Shown piece after piece: positions 22,606 through 35,234 of a stretch of DNA of 64,000 nucleotides. The notes under the pieces were generated by a model, which was not told where the DNA came from, made no database searches, and saw only the letters and a list, made by a program, of their open reading frames with translations. The stretch lies in the NCBI GenBank assembly GCA_964199315.1, contig OZ116699.1, forward strand, positions 2,666,001-2,730,000, given 5' to 3'. A program made the translations under genes and the position numbers. This stretch comes from Orbicella franksi. Its lineage: Eukaryota. How positions within the stretch are numbered: position 1 is the first letter of the stretch; each line of letters begins with the position of its first letter.

Positions 22606-25377
22606 ACGGAAGAGGAGTCCACAGAAGACTGGGAGAAGATGGGGATAATGGTGCTTGCTATTTGCTTTGTCGTGAAACTGCGTGATAGGGGGAAATGGTG
22701 CGGGAATTTTCATCCTTTGCTTCTCTAATTTCCAGTGCTTCCGGTCGGTTAAGTCCTTCATGCTCTTACCCAATTTCTGATTTTTAGCGATTTTGGTTCC
22801 TGACCTAACCCATAAATCGATAAATTATGATTTTTTCAGACGTATTTCAATTACTTCTGGGTGGGAAGTGGTTCCAGAAAGCCTCTAAAATCCTCAATGT
22901 CAATTGCACTACATTTCTCATCAGATCAAGAGAGGGTTAAAAAACGGATATTTCAAAAGAGCCTAAAACATCCCTATTTCTGAGTAAAATGGTTTAAACC
23001 TAATACCACTTCCGAGGCCAAAATTTTGCGGGTTTGTGAAGGGAAGTCCTTCGGCCTGGGAGTCGCAGAGCTCTGGCGAAACTCGCACGCTGATTGGTTA
23101 TATCGAAGCGAGGCACCCAGCTTCAACGCAAGGCAGTTCTGTCATCTCTGCACTGAGAAAGAAGACGACAAAAAATTCAATCGCGGTTTGAATTTATTCA
23201 TTTGTCTAAACAAAAATTGTCGGCTTGCTGCAATTTTTAAAGTTAAATTTCATGCGAAATTCAATCGCCAGCCAATGAATTTCCTTATAGAATTTCTATC
23301 AATGACGGGCATGTAAATGTCGATTGTTGTACACGGCTTTGTTCCATTTCATACATGTTTTCACTGTATACTGCAGATATCAGTGCTCTCTTAGAATGAA
23401 GACGATTCATGCACTTTAATTTTTTGAGTATGTCACAAGGCAGAATATTAAAGCAGCCACATGGCTGAGAATTTCGAGCCCTTTGAGAAATGAAATGTCA
23501 AATTCACTAGTGAAACTAACACTTGATTATTTGGCTGTTTAATATCGACCTCCTAAGCTGACATTTACATGCAAAAAGCTCACGGGGCGGCGTTTTTTCC
23601 TTCAATGAAAAGACAGCTGATATATTTGACTAGTCCTTATTAGAGTCATATTACAGCTCGCGGTCAGTATTACACAGGTTTGAAACATTTTGTCCAATTG
23701 GCAACAATAACAGAAACAACGGGGAATAAATTTTTATTTCTTAACATTTGTTTTATTCACACGTTTACTGCACTATTATTCAATATTATTCAGTGCTGGC
23801 TGCACTAAATAATATCGATCCACTTAGATGCGTTTTACTCCACGCTTTTTACTGGCGAGCACCGAGGGAGATCCTGTCATTTGAATCAGATTAAGTTGAC
23901 AGGAAAGCTGTCAATCAGACAATACAGACTGACATTAAGAAATAGCAGGTGCTTTACCGACATGGTATTTCCGTCACTCCTATCTTTTTTGACACATTAA
24001 TATATTTGTTGATGAATTTTACGCTTGGAATTTAATAAGCATTGGCTTCGCTTCGAGACCAAGCTCATGTTGGACGCGGAATTGAAGGGCTTGTAGCTCC
24101 GCGGGGTTAGGATTTCCAGCAAATAATATAACGCAGTAGAAACTCAGCTGGAAGCACATTTTAGTAATCCTCTACTTAGCCCTCCTTAGTGGCTGTTTAT
24201 GTCTCAAAGGTCAGTATTTGATCATTTTGCTGTTGCTTCGTCTTTTTCAGTCCGACTGGGGGAATTGTTAACATTTTCCCAAACAGGATTCCTAAACCTT
24301 AAATGAAACCTGGAGAAAGATCTAGAATTGCACGAATGATTCTTCTACTCTACCATTCAGTTTGGAATAAGAATCTTCCTTTCATCACAGGCATAATTTA
24401 TTAGCTAGCGATCGGCAGATGTCTTGTATGTATTGAAAATACTGACCATTCTGTTTATTTCTAGTTGGTTATGTAATGTTTCGTGGTCGATTTTTAAAGC
24501 AAATTTCGTGCTCTCCTTTTGGAATTAAACGTTCAGTACTCAAGGAAATCATATTATAAATCTATCTCTCATGCCAAAACCCTCTGGTAGTTTCCAGGGT
24601 TTTTCGAATTCTAACCTATTTTTTCTCTAATTTTTCACTGAATATTAAACTTGAGAGCCAGTATTTCAATAACAAGCCGACTCGTCAGGAACTTCACTTT
24701 AAACAACATGTTTTAGAAGAGGTTTGGTTTATCTTAGAGTTATTGCCTGCTATGACATACAACGAGGGATATTACATAAATGAGGTATTTACTGTGGCTT
24801 AGAAATGCTACGCGCTTTGAGTTTTATCTGTAGCAAGCGTGGTAAGGGATTTTTCAAAAGCCATGAAACTAATGGTGGCTAGATCCTCCAAAAAGCAATA
24901 TTTTGAATTCGCTTATTTTAAATGACGCTGCTGAAAGTTAACCTTCGGTTCCAAAGTCAATATGTTAACTCTCTTTTAGTTATTAGTCGCAATACATGTC
25001 TTACCTTGTTAGATTGGCTCTTAGCCTGCTAGCAAACGTCTTTGAAGTTGGGAGGGTATATGTAGGTAGGTAGCTCTCAGACTTCATCATCAAGACAACT
25101 GATATTTGTAGTTGATCTTTGCATTTATTCTCATCACTCGTCTACCTGTCAGTGTATCGTTATGGTAGAAAGAAATTTGATTTTGGTCAGTTTTAAAACC
25201 GCAACCGTCAAGATGATTCGGCGACTAATTACATTGCTTTGTTTTGATGGACCACAAAATTATCAACGCTAGCAACAGTATAGAGATCTATCAGTTACAT
25301 GAGCTTACACGTTTTTTTTTTAATTTTTGCCTATGTTACAAATTCAACTCGAAAAAAATGAGCTAGTTCTTCCCAGT

Positions 25378-25480
25378 CTCCCTGTAGCTCGGTAGGTTAG
25401 CGCACCTGATTGGTGCGCCAAGTCATAGGTTTTAACCCAACCTCGTTCCCAGGGAAAAGCCCTGGAAACGAGGTAGGTTT
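25378..25480 (+). mobile_element. tRNA-like SINE head interrupted by a 39-bp hairpin mini-element
   Basis: TCCCTGTAGCTCGGTAGGTTAGCGCACC (A-box-like), followed by CAACCTCGTTCCCAGGG-AAAAG-CCCTGGAAACGAGGTAG at 25438-25476. Confidence 0.55.
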
Positions 25481-27871
25481 CACCCATCATTTATTATTTG
25501 TGACAAACTGGTCAGTGAATTTCGTTTTGTTTGTTGCTCAACAAGAACAAGTTTGTTTCACAATGTTGCCAAAATATTTTTGTTGTAGAAGCTCTGTATT
25601 ATAACTGAAATCATTGTTTTCTTTAATTTGGCGATTACAAAATTACTTCCTCATTGAAGAGACATTAGGATAATGATAATTTTCCAAGGTGTTAGTACTA
25701 GCCACGAAAAAAGTAATATTAAACTGAATATACGCGAGGATGAGTCAAGGAAGATTATTAGGCGAATGTTCGTATGCTCTGTACCGGACTGGAACTAGCT
25801 TGCAACGGAGGCTCCTGTAGGGGAATATTATTAGAAAGAGATCAAGGTCATTTATTTGCACTTGAAAAGACTCCTCGCGTTAACCTCAGTTGCAAGCTAT
25901 TTCCGGTCTAATACTGAGAATACGAAAAAACACGGGTTACAGACTTGAACGAAGTGGCCAACTTTTCCAAGATGCGCTGTCTGTGTAGCTTCCTTTAACA
26001 TAGCATGAAACTATTCCAAGCATCCAGAGAGGTTATAAATCCTAGCCTCGCCAACACTGATCAACCAAGCAACAACAAAATTAAAAACCGGTTTTTCTTG
26101 TTTAAACTAGTTATGCTGGTTAGTGTTGCTGTAGATATATAAGGCATCGTGGCGGAAATTTTAACAAGTATTCTCGTCAGCTGATTGCAAAATCGCACAG
26201 CAAAATAATTATAGGTTTTGCAACATCACAGTTGAAGTGTTTGTTGTAATCACGTGCATGATTTTCCCGCAAGTTTATATTACTGCTGGATGTTATAAAT
26301 ATATGCATCAAGGCACTTCAAAACCATGAAACCGCTGAACCAGTGTTGCGTTTCAATTCTGTTGTTCCTGTTCACTTGCGAGTTTTGTTCATTCCTTGTC
26401 AAGCTTGACAACAAATTGATATTTCTCTCAATTGTACGCTGTCTCATATATAATTATTGGACATGGCTGAGCTCTGATTCGCGGGGCTTGATAACATGTG
26501 CGAAACAATGCTCAGCCTCCTCCGGTAACTGACAGATATTGGCAGCTAACAATTTATTTGTTTGTAACCAATAATAACTCAGATAGCATGGGAAACAAGT
26601 AGTTATTGATAATGCTACAGTTTACTACGCGTTACTGCGGGCAAAATATCGGTTCAGAGCTGTGCGGGAACATTACGACTTGTTACATAACAGCTAGGCT
26701 ACCCAAGCTCAAAGTTCCTGGTTAATTACGTTCAAAACACCGATGTAGTTAGTCAGGAAAGTGAGTGATTCTTATCAAAGAAAGGTTTAAAGTTTACCCA
26801 TGGGTAAGTTTGCCGCTTTGTCTTTGACAACCATTGTTTTCGGAAGAGCTGTGATCTGAGGTTACCTTTGCATGCTGAAGTTGAAAGATTGCAGGTAACA
26901 TAACCGGAATTTGTGAGGGTTGACTCGTGATGACTGTGTCGACCTTCGTTTTCTTCTGCAGATGTAGTGATCACCGGTTAGGTTAACGGGGGAAATTACC
27001 TACATTTGTAATCCGAGAGAATTAATTCGAATTTTGGCCTAGCATTTCATTAAAATCATGTCTGTGCTGGGGGAACTACAAAGCTCACCACATGAACTAA
27101 GGAAGAACTTTTGTTTACATAACAAATAAGTCCACTTGAAGTTGAGATAATTAAGTAATATAACAGCAGAAGCTTACCAAGAAGAGAATTAGAAATATGA
27201 TTGCGTCACTTGGACTACATGCAATGGTGAAAAATTTTGCGCTCAATGTCCTCAAGTTCCTAAAGGCCTCACAGACGAGTCGGTGAACTTTTGAACACCC
27301 ACGGAAGCGTGGGATGTCAACCAATCTCAACTCGTGTATTCTCTGCTCCTTCCCCCGCATTTCAACAGAGAGTGGTCTAATGCAAAGTATTGAATGTTCT
27401 TTTTTTTCATCGATGTACAGCTAATCGATCCAAACCAGTTCTTTATACCGACTTCGCTGACAGGATTGTAAAATTCAATTAATAAGGTGAAGTCCCCATC
27501 GAGTACTCAGTCTGCATAACACTTATTTCACTTATTTCCATTATTTCCATGCATATCCGATATGTACTGTGTATGGAGTATGACAAAACTGAATGAGTTT
27601 AGCATCCTGTGTGCTAAATGGTGTGGAATTTGCGTGAATTTTAGGTCAACATTCTTATGAATGTTTTGATGAATTTTTCGTATTTAATGCTTATGATAAA
27701 CGAGGACAATGCATCTCTTGCTAACAATTTAAATACAATTGTTTAAAAACAATTTCACTTCAATTATTCCTTTTATAGCATATCGTCAGTATAGTGACGA
27801 AGCATTGATTGCGGAAAAAACTTTACAAGCTAGCTTTTACATAGTTTCTATTTTTTTTGGCGGAGGTGGGC

Positions 27872-28014
27872 TAGCTTGTGAACAGACTCTGGCTCGAAAG
27901 GTCTGACTGGTGCTGGAAGGTCCGAGAAGAAACTCAGGCCGAGAGTGGCCGGGGGGGGATTGGGGTGGGGTTTGGGGCGCACATCCTCGACTAGAGGGCC
28001 TCTTCACATGCTAA
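27872..28014. mobile_element. Short MITE with TAGC-type termini
   Basis: TAGCTTGTGAACAG ... CTCTTCACATGCTA imperfect TIRs. Confidence 0.55.
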
Positions 28015-28111
28015 ATATTAGCATACCTTCTAAGCATTTGGTAGTACATTAATGAAAAATTCCCTAAGTTGACGATTTTCTCTATGTTATCTCCTGTTTG
28101 CTATTGATGTT

Positions 28112-28405
28112 ATATATGGGTTATTGACCAAGCGTGAAGTCAAGATGGCTTGATACTGGCCAAGTTCTTTTTTTACATATATGTGGACCGAGACGGAGTC
28201 GAGGTCCATAAACACGCAAACAAGAACGAGGCCAATATCCAGTTATCTTGACCGAACAAGCATGGTCAAGAACACTATTTTCTTCCAGGACACAGCAGGT
28301 AATCTCGAGCGGGCGAGGTAGCACCATCTTGCCTGCTTGGGTAGCCAATCACAGCATAGGATTCGGTTCATCTTGTCCGCTCTTGAAGCTAGCCATATAT
28401 AATAA
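28112..28405 (+). repeat. Interspersed repeat with an internal inverted repeat
   Basis: TTGACCAAGCGTG..GTCAAGATGGC..GATA(C)TGGCC mirrored by GGCCAATATCCAG..ATCTTGACCG..CATGGTCAA, followed by a tail. Confidence 0.6.
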
Positions 28406-31400
28406 AAAAATGGTTATTTTAATTTGAGAACTTGCTCCCGAGAAACAAAGGTGTCCTTCGGGATTCCCGCGGCTTGGAATGAAACATGCAAAAGATATCA
28501 TGTCAGAAAGTCTTTTCTGCCCGGCAATGCTTATAGCCTCTCCCGATCCAAAAAGTTCAATATTTGACCAACTTTGAACGAAGTCTGCCGGACTCTGATG
28601 AAATTCTCATCAAAGACGATAAATTCAATAATGCTGTCTCGTGATCGAGGAGAAATTTGCGGACGGTCTCGTATCGAATGGATCTGGATGATGGTAGCAA
28701 ACATCCTGAAACGCATCAATCATGTTAGCAAGGACGGCCAGTCTATATTACCGTCTGTGAATTCAGCAAAAAACGCCAAAGAGGGGCTGCACAATAAAGA
28801 ACTCAGGTTTTTATTGAAGTCAAAGAGAATTAGGCCTCTGAGGGAGAGCCATTTACAAATCGCGAGCTCATTTGCTCAAACGATCAACAGCAAATAGATG
28901 ACATTCCAGCGTCCTTGCAGACAAGTCGGATTTGAATGCCGAGGGACACTGGGTCACTGAACCGAAGGAAAACTTTCGGCCTAGGGAGGCCTGAACCTTT
29001 AAGTTCTTTGTGACACAGCCGTTATTAACAAAGTTGTTTGTAAAATCTTTCCCAGCTGGTTGTAAATGCTGGTGTGTCTCCGGCAGTAAAGATTCTCTAT
29101 TTAGATAAGGAAAACGCAGGTCATTCCACTGAAATAGAACTTGCACTGAGATTTTTGTGAAACTCTGCCTATTGATTGTTTATAATATCGGAACTTAAAT
29201 TTTGAAATAAAAATGAGGGGTCCCCATGTTCGTTTAGGAGTAACAGCACCTTGTTTATACCCATATAAATCCTTATAATAGCAATATGATTGTAGTCTCG
29301 ATTGCTTGCTAAATTCACGTTTCCGACGGTTGCTTTTTGCTCTACACTGAGAATTGGTCCATATTTATTTTACACAGAGAAATTTATTACTCAATTCAAA
29401 ACAACAGAAAAAAATGATAGGTCACCATGCTCGTTTGCGAGAAAATGACGATTTACCTCTATTGCGAGGTTCAGCTGTAAAGAAAAAGTCGCCATTTTTT
29501 AATGCGCGCGCACTAATCACTCGTGAAATTATGCGCAGTAGGGATGCGCAATGCAATACCGGGGAATAACCTTAAAGGTCTCTAGATAGAGCGTATATTC
29601 AAATTCTCTACTGTAATCCGGCATAACTGCTCAGCCCTGAACTTCAGGGCTGGGTGACGTTTTCGTTAAATTATTTATTAGGCATTTAAAGCCTTAAAAA
29701 AGACCCAGTTATTCAAGAATATTTAGTCAAGACAAGAGTTAGGGAAAAACCACAGAGTTTAACCAATGAATGATAAATTTTGACGAGAATTCAATAAAAA
29801 CTAGGGAGAAGACAAATTTTCATTTCAGTGGTTATGCAGGGCGGTGTTCCAAATTTATCTGATATGAGTAAACGGACGACATTCCCAAGAGAGTACATTA
29901 TGAAGCGCTTTTTAAATAAAATACATTATAACACCGATTCGTCAACTTTGTTCTGTACACTTTTTCAAATTAAATACTAGTTTAGTTCATTTTAAAACAG
30001 TGAGTTGAGATAGCTATACTCTCTGTGGTTACTTAACCGAAGCAACTGAACCAATTTATCAGTTTATCTGATTCACACAGCTTCGGTGAAATTATGGGAT
30101 CCTTCAGTCATGTTTCAGTAAAACTGTCAAACTGTCAACTACAAAACTATATTTTCTTCGGCAAAGCACTCGCAGTGTTCTTCGGTCTTTGTGTTATTCA
30201 ACAAGCGGTTTTCGCGTAGTTTTGGTCCTAGTTTTCTGTATAACACAATGAATTTTGGCCTTTTTCTTTGACCGCTCACACTGACTACACTAGCGTTCTA
30301 CTCGCAAGTACTGACGAAGTACCAGAAAAGTGATTATTTTATACGAATTGATTCCCTGGCATTGTTCAGTTCTGTGATCAAGAAAATAACCCATAATATC
30401 CTCAAGTTGAAGATTTTCTTGATTTTCTTTACCCGCTTCTTTTGGTTTATTTGTACAAATGCCGACCTCTCGCTGTAACATTGTGCATTCCACATCACTC
30501 TGCATAGTAAATTCAGGCTTTTTATGATCAGCTGTCTTCTGTGTTAGTCTTGTCAGCCGTGTCGGATCTCTGTCCTTCCCGCTAAAACATCGTTTAAATC
30601 ACAATAAAGTTGGATGAGACGGTTGATCCAAAACTACAAGATAAGCCTCCGACGGAGATAGCTGAACAAATAGGAATTATAGAAAAACGTGTTTCAATCA
30701 ATTCGCTCTCAGTCTCTCAGCTCGGGCTTTCGATCGATTGATCGGTTTAAGCACTATGCTACACCTGATCCGGGTTTTGACATGGATCAACCTTTTTCCA
30801 TTAAGACCGTGTTTTCAGGCTTTCGATTCAAGAGATATAGATCATTCTGTTCCGATAAGATTAACTTTTTTGTAGCCTCTTTGTCACTTTCAATACATGT
30901 ACTTAAAGACGTACATGACATTGCTAAGGATAATATTGTGCAATGTTTTCACGTCGAGTTTTACCGTAAAGTACGTTGCTTGTATTGCAAAATTATTCTG
31001 AAGGGACAGGAAACCTAACTGAAGCATCTTTGTCATGCATGAAAAATTTCTATACTGGAATTCAAGCGTGATTTATTTTGCTTTTGTGAAGAATCGCCTT
31101 TTTCAACTATCGGCTGAACGGTTTTTTTACATGGTCTGGCACCACAATCCGGGCGTGATTTAATTAAATTCAAAGCACGTCTCAGCGAAATAATTGGCCT
31201 TGAATTTGCGCATAAAACAAACAGAATACCGAACAAACACGAAACGCGAAATTTCGCCAATTAAATTCATTTACTATCGGTTATTAGGCAAACCAAAGCA
31301 ATTGAAAGACACTCCTTCGAAAAATTTAGGTATATTAAAAATCCTGGAATATAAACTCGATTTCAATTGCTACGATAAATTATTTGTCCTGATGGTTAAC

Positions 31401-34400
31401 ATGAATCAAGCAATTAAATCAAAAATATTGGCCAGCCCCTACACTTAGCCGAGCAAAAAAATCGAATAAACGTTAATTTAAAATTGATCTTAAGAGATTT
31501 GTGTGTTGATACAGTATATTCAAGGAAAATGTCGGAGTCCAAAAGAATGACAAGCATTGTATCGATTTAAAAATGACGCCAAAAAATTTAGCCGTGTACT
31601 CAAGGAACTGCCGTGCAAGGTTTACCGAAATGATAGATTCAAAGCTTGAGCTTTGCTTTGAAAGATCCAGATTTCGTCAGGTTTATTGAAAACACATAAA
31701 TGTCGGAAACGAATTTGCTCAATGCTAATGTATGATAAATCACTTGAGTCAAGGTGAGACTCTTTAATACAAAAGACAAATTTATAGTAAACTTGTGAAA
31801 CTTGACTGATATTATTGAGTGCTGCCTTGGATCAACTTTAATATTGAAAGGACATGAGCCATGAAGTGATTTTGGGGCTAGAAGCATCTATCTGTAGCTT
31901 TATCGCCGATTCTCTGTTAGTTTTTATTTTATTACTGAATTTATATTATAGCAAAATAACGAAATTCTTTAACCTTGCTATAAAGAAATTCTCCACTTTT
32001 CTAGAGTACAACAAAGGAGAATTTCCAGTGATGGTACCACGGTTATTTCATTCTTAAATTAGGTTTTTATCGTGTAATCGCCACAGACATCAGTCAGGTT
32101 AGAGACATAAGAGCACGACATATGCACAAAATAGATCCTTTTTGACCCAAATTTGATTGGCCCTTGAGGCATAACTGGGAAATCTTTGCACGTAACATTT
32201 TTAATTCTACGAAAAGCACGTGCAGGAATTGCACACGGAATTCTGAATCCGTGCAGTGAAATTATGGTCTGCTTTCTTATCTACAGAAAGTATGATTTTT
32301 AATTTAATTTACGCGCACCAGTAACAGATAGGGCACGGATATTAGGCGGGTTATGAATGGTTAAAAATGATCCACGTGGTTGTGACAGAATACGAGTGAT
32401 TATTCTGAATTTTCATCTTTACTATAGTTTACTCAAATACATATTAAAGTTCTCAAGTTCTTGCCATGCCTTAGGTACTTACCTTGTTTGAGCACGGAAT
32501 TCATTCCCGTCTTGAAAATTGATCAACTGAACAAAAACTGCCAAATTGTGATGCTTTTTGTATACTTTGGGGATAAAAAGTTTTTGAAACAGGACGAAAC
32601 ATACTCCTTCCTGTGTTATTATGCTAATTGTGGCAAAAGGTTAGCGAATGATTCATTTCTCCCTTATTTAGCATAAACAGATCGAAATAAGAAAAGTTGT
32701 TGTCCCAATAGGGATATTAATTATCATAGTTTTACCGATATTAGACTTTCGCACCCCTCAAACTATTTATTTATATTGCATTTTTACCGCCGTTTCCTTA
32801 CGAAAAAGGCAATCTTTACGCAGGGTCGCTGTTACTGGTTTAAGTAACACTCCGTGTAAAGGTCAAATTTCACAATCTTCATTTCAATTTGTTGGAAAAT
32901 GGCCAAACCGAAGCCTTGTCGTTTAATGTTTTTCATTTCCTTTAGTATTGAATATCCGGCTAAATAAAAGACGGTCCGGCTAAATAAAAGACGGGCTTCA
33001 CAGAAAGAAAATAGCTTTTGATTACCGGCGTCTCTTTGATATAAGCACATTGTAAAAATAAGCCTTTTATGTGATTTAATTCTGTTGCAAGTTTTAAACG
33101 TGGAAGATGTGGAGAGAAAAAGATTGAAGTAGATATATCTTTTTGTAAATTTAGTGAAGCTCGGGGATTCGCGGAAAAGTGGTGTAATTTGCTTTAATAC
33201 TCTTGTGAAACCAGAAGGTATGCTAATTTTTAATTCGCGACCCATTTGCCTGAAAGAACGACATTTTACTTCTCGCACAGAAATCCTTGGAATTAACATT
33301 ACTTATATTAAAAAAGAGTGATAGATGATCACTTGGACTGTGTTGAACAAGGTGGGCTCGGTTATCGATTTTTCTAAAGGTTACCTGACTCAAACCGCGC
33401 AAAACGATCACCAAATCACAAAATCAATGTATGTGAGATCATGAATTATTGTCAGGTGTAGTGAATCAAATGCATTTTAAATAAACTCCATAGCGAACAC
33501 ACGGCCTGCCTAATCAAGTCGAAATATAACACAAAGCTTTCACAGTGTTAGCCCTGGAAAAGACGGCAAACGGTGCAACATAATATTCTTTACATTTTTC
33601 ATTTTGCGTAACTATTGACAGCTAACTACCCGGACCTTGTCAATATTTTAATTTAGACTTGATAATTTTAAGCTAATGAGCATCACCGAGAAAGTGTTTC
33701 ATATAACTGGGAAAACGTCGACCTTAGGCCGGTTAACGATTAAACATCTGTGAACTGAACAACAACTTTAGTTAAACAGTATTACTGATATCATTGCAAA
33801 CAAGTCGGAGACTTAAGTATGTCGGCTTAATTTGGTTCCAAAGAGGACAAGAAAACAAAGATTGAGAAAAAACGCAAAACCTACAAGATTGGTCTAAGAG
33901 TACCTTTCATCGGAGCAAGAAAATAAATTTGGATTGTCGTAAATAGCCTGCGCGAGTTGCGAAAAAGGCAAAACGGAAAATCCATGATTAGCAACAAGTG
34001 CTGGATTTCCTTTGACTGGTAGAAGCAGAGAAGGAATGAAAAAACTGCCATGAATGAGCTTATATGGGTAATGAAGTTTATCCTTTTACTAGCTTTCAGA
34101 GAATTATAAATGAAAGAGAAGAAATGAGGCGACAGAACTGATATTTGCTTTAGAAGCTTGTTCAATTTGAATCAAACTCACCCCACCCTTCTCGGGTTTA
34201 CCTCGTTTAATTTTGGCATTTGACAAAAACCTTTCGTGAGCAATTTCAACATTTCGTGACTTCTTTAAAACGAAACTTAAACGCCTTGCTGTTTAAGAAA
34301 TCGTTGCAGATATGGAACGAAACGTTTTAAATGCGATACAAAGATAACATCTTAGATGCGAGATCGTTTCGTGACTTGAGAACGCTATTTATCTTGTTAG

Positions 34401-35164
34401 CACCAAGTGCTTACTCAACTTAGTGTATAATGCTCAAACGTGATATCACGTCCAGCGTGTAATGCTCAGACTTGATATCACTGCAAAATGTAAAACAACT
34501 TGAAACAAAAACAAAACCAAAATATCGTTAATAGATGACTAAATTGTATCAATTTTTGTTGATTCATTTGCTGTCAAAACTTTTATTGGTGGTATTTCGT
34601 CTGCAATTAGTACTCAGCTCGATTTTTATAAATTCTTTTCATTGAAAAACTTTTTTTGAATATATTTTTAATAACAGCACTTGTTTTTCAGATATAGAAA
34701 TCATACTGTTGTTGGAAAGTATTTTCCGCCCAGGCATAAAAGTAATAATGTATACGAATGAACGAATATATCAAAGCGAAATTGTTGAATTCTTATCTAA
34801 CGTGAATAAAAATTGTATCTGCACGCATTACGGACCAGCCAATCAGGAATTTAAGAGCGAGTATTCAAGTACGTCTCACAGAGTAAAAGGATTGCACATG
34901 GTAAAATTAAAGTTCAAATTATCCATACAAAACAAAGAAAAACTGATCAAGAAAGTTATTTGTCATATTTTACAACAAACTAATTTTCTTTTAGAGATTT
35001 TCCTTTCGGTGTTTCCTCTGAGTTTAATTAATCTTTGTCAAGATGGCATCGACCGGTACTTTCTCCAGCGTGGGAGAATATTACTTTGAGTGAATTATAG
35101 CGAGGCGCAGACGCCCGCCCTTGTGTTACGTTCCGAGCTCTCACGAAATTAAAGGTGGAGTCGG

Positions 35165-35234
35165 AATATAAATTGCCTATCAGTTAAGCCAGATAGTCGG
35201 CGTGGATTTCCACTCTTTTGACAAAACCTGAAAT
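35165..35234 (+). promoter_or_regulatory. Putative TATA/Inr promoter and non-coding first exon, probably of the FAM53 gene
   Basis: TATAAAT at about 35167, TCAGTT Inr-like at about 35181, donor CG|GTAAGA at about 35228. The matching acceptor ATGCAG| at 39320 lies 10 nt before the FAM53 ATG. Confidence 0.4.

Larger units (their letters stand above)
26330..31270 (-). pseudogene. Candidate decayed multi-exon gene, possibly F-box/LRR-like; identity not established
   Basis: Clean AG/GT-bounded stop-free segment at about 27178-27380 (IHELRLVDIPRFRGCSKVHRLVCEAFRNLRTLS). Stop-riddled coding-like blocks at 26400-27000 (FCPQ*RVVNCS, K*IVSCQYLSV), 28400-29170 (FTKISVQVLFQWNDLRF; WLSLRGLILFDF) and 30290-30580. 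Confidence 0.35.

Noticed and set aside
25378-25437. tRNA-like sequence
   Set aside because: There is no complete cloverleaf or intact T-arm. It is better explained as a SINE head.
26326-26532. 68-aa ORF with a hydrophobic, Cys-rich N-terminus
   Set aside because: It is antisense to the stop-riddled coding-like block on the minus strand, and has no supporting exon or poly(A) structure.
34709-35089. 126-aa ORF with exon-like boundaries
   Set aside because: AT-rich, TTG start, no recognisable motif and no partner exons found.
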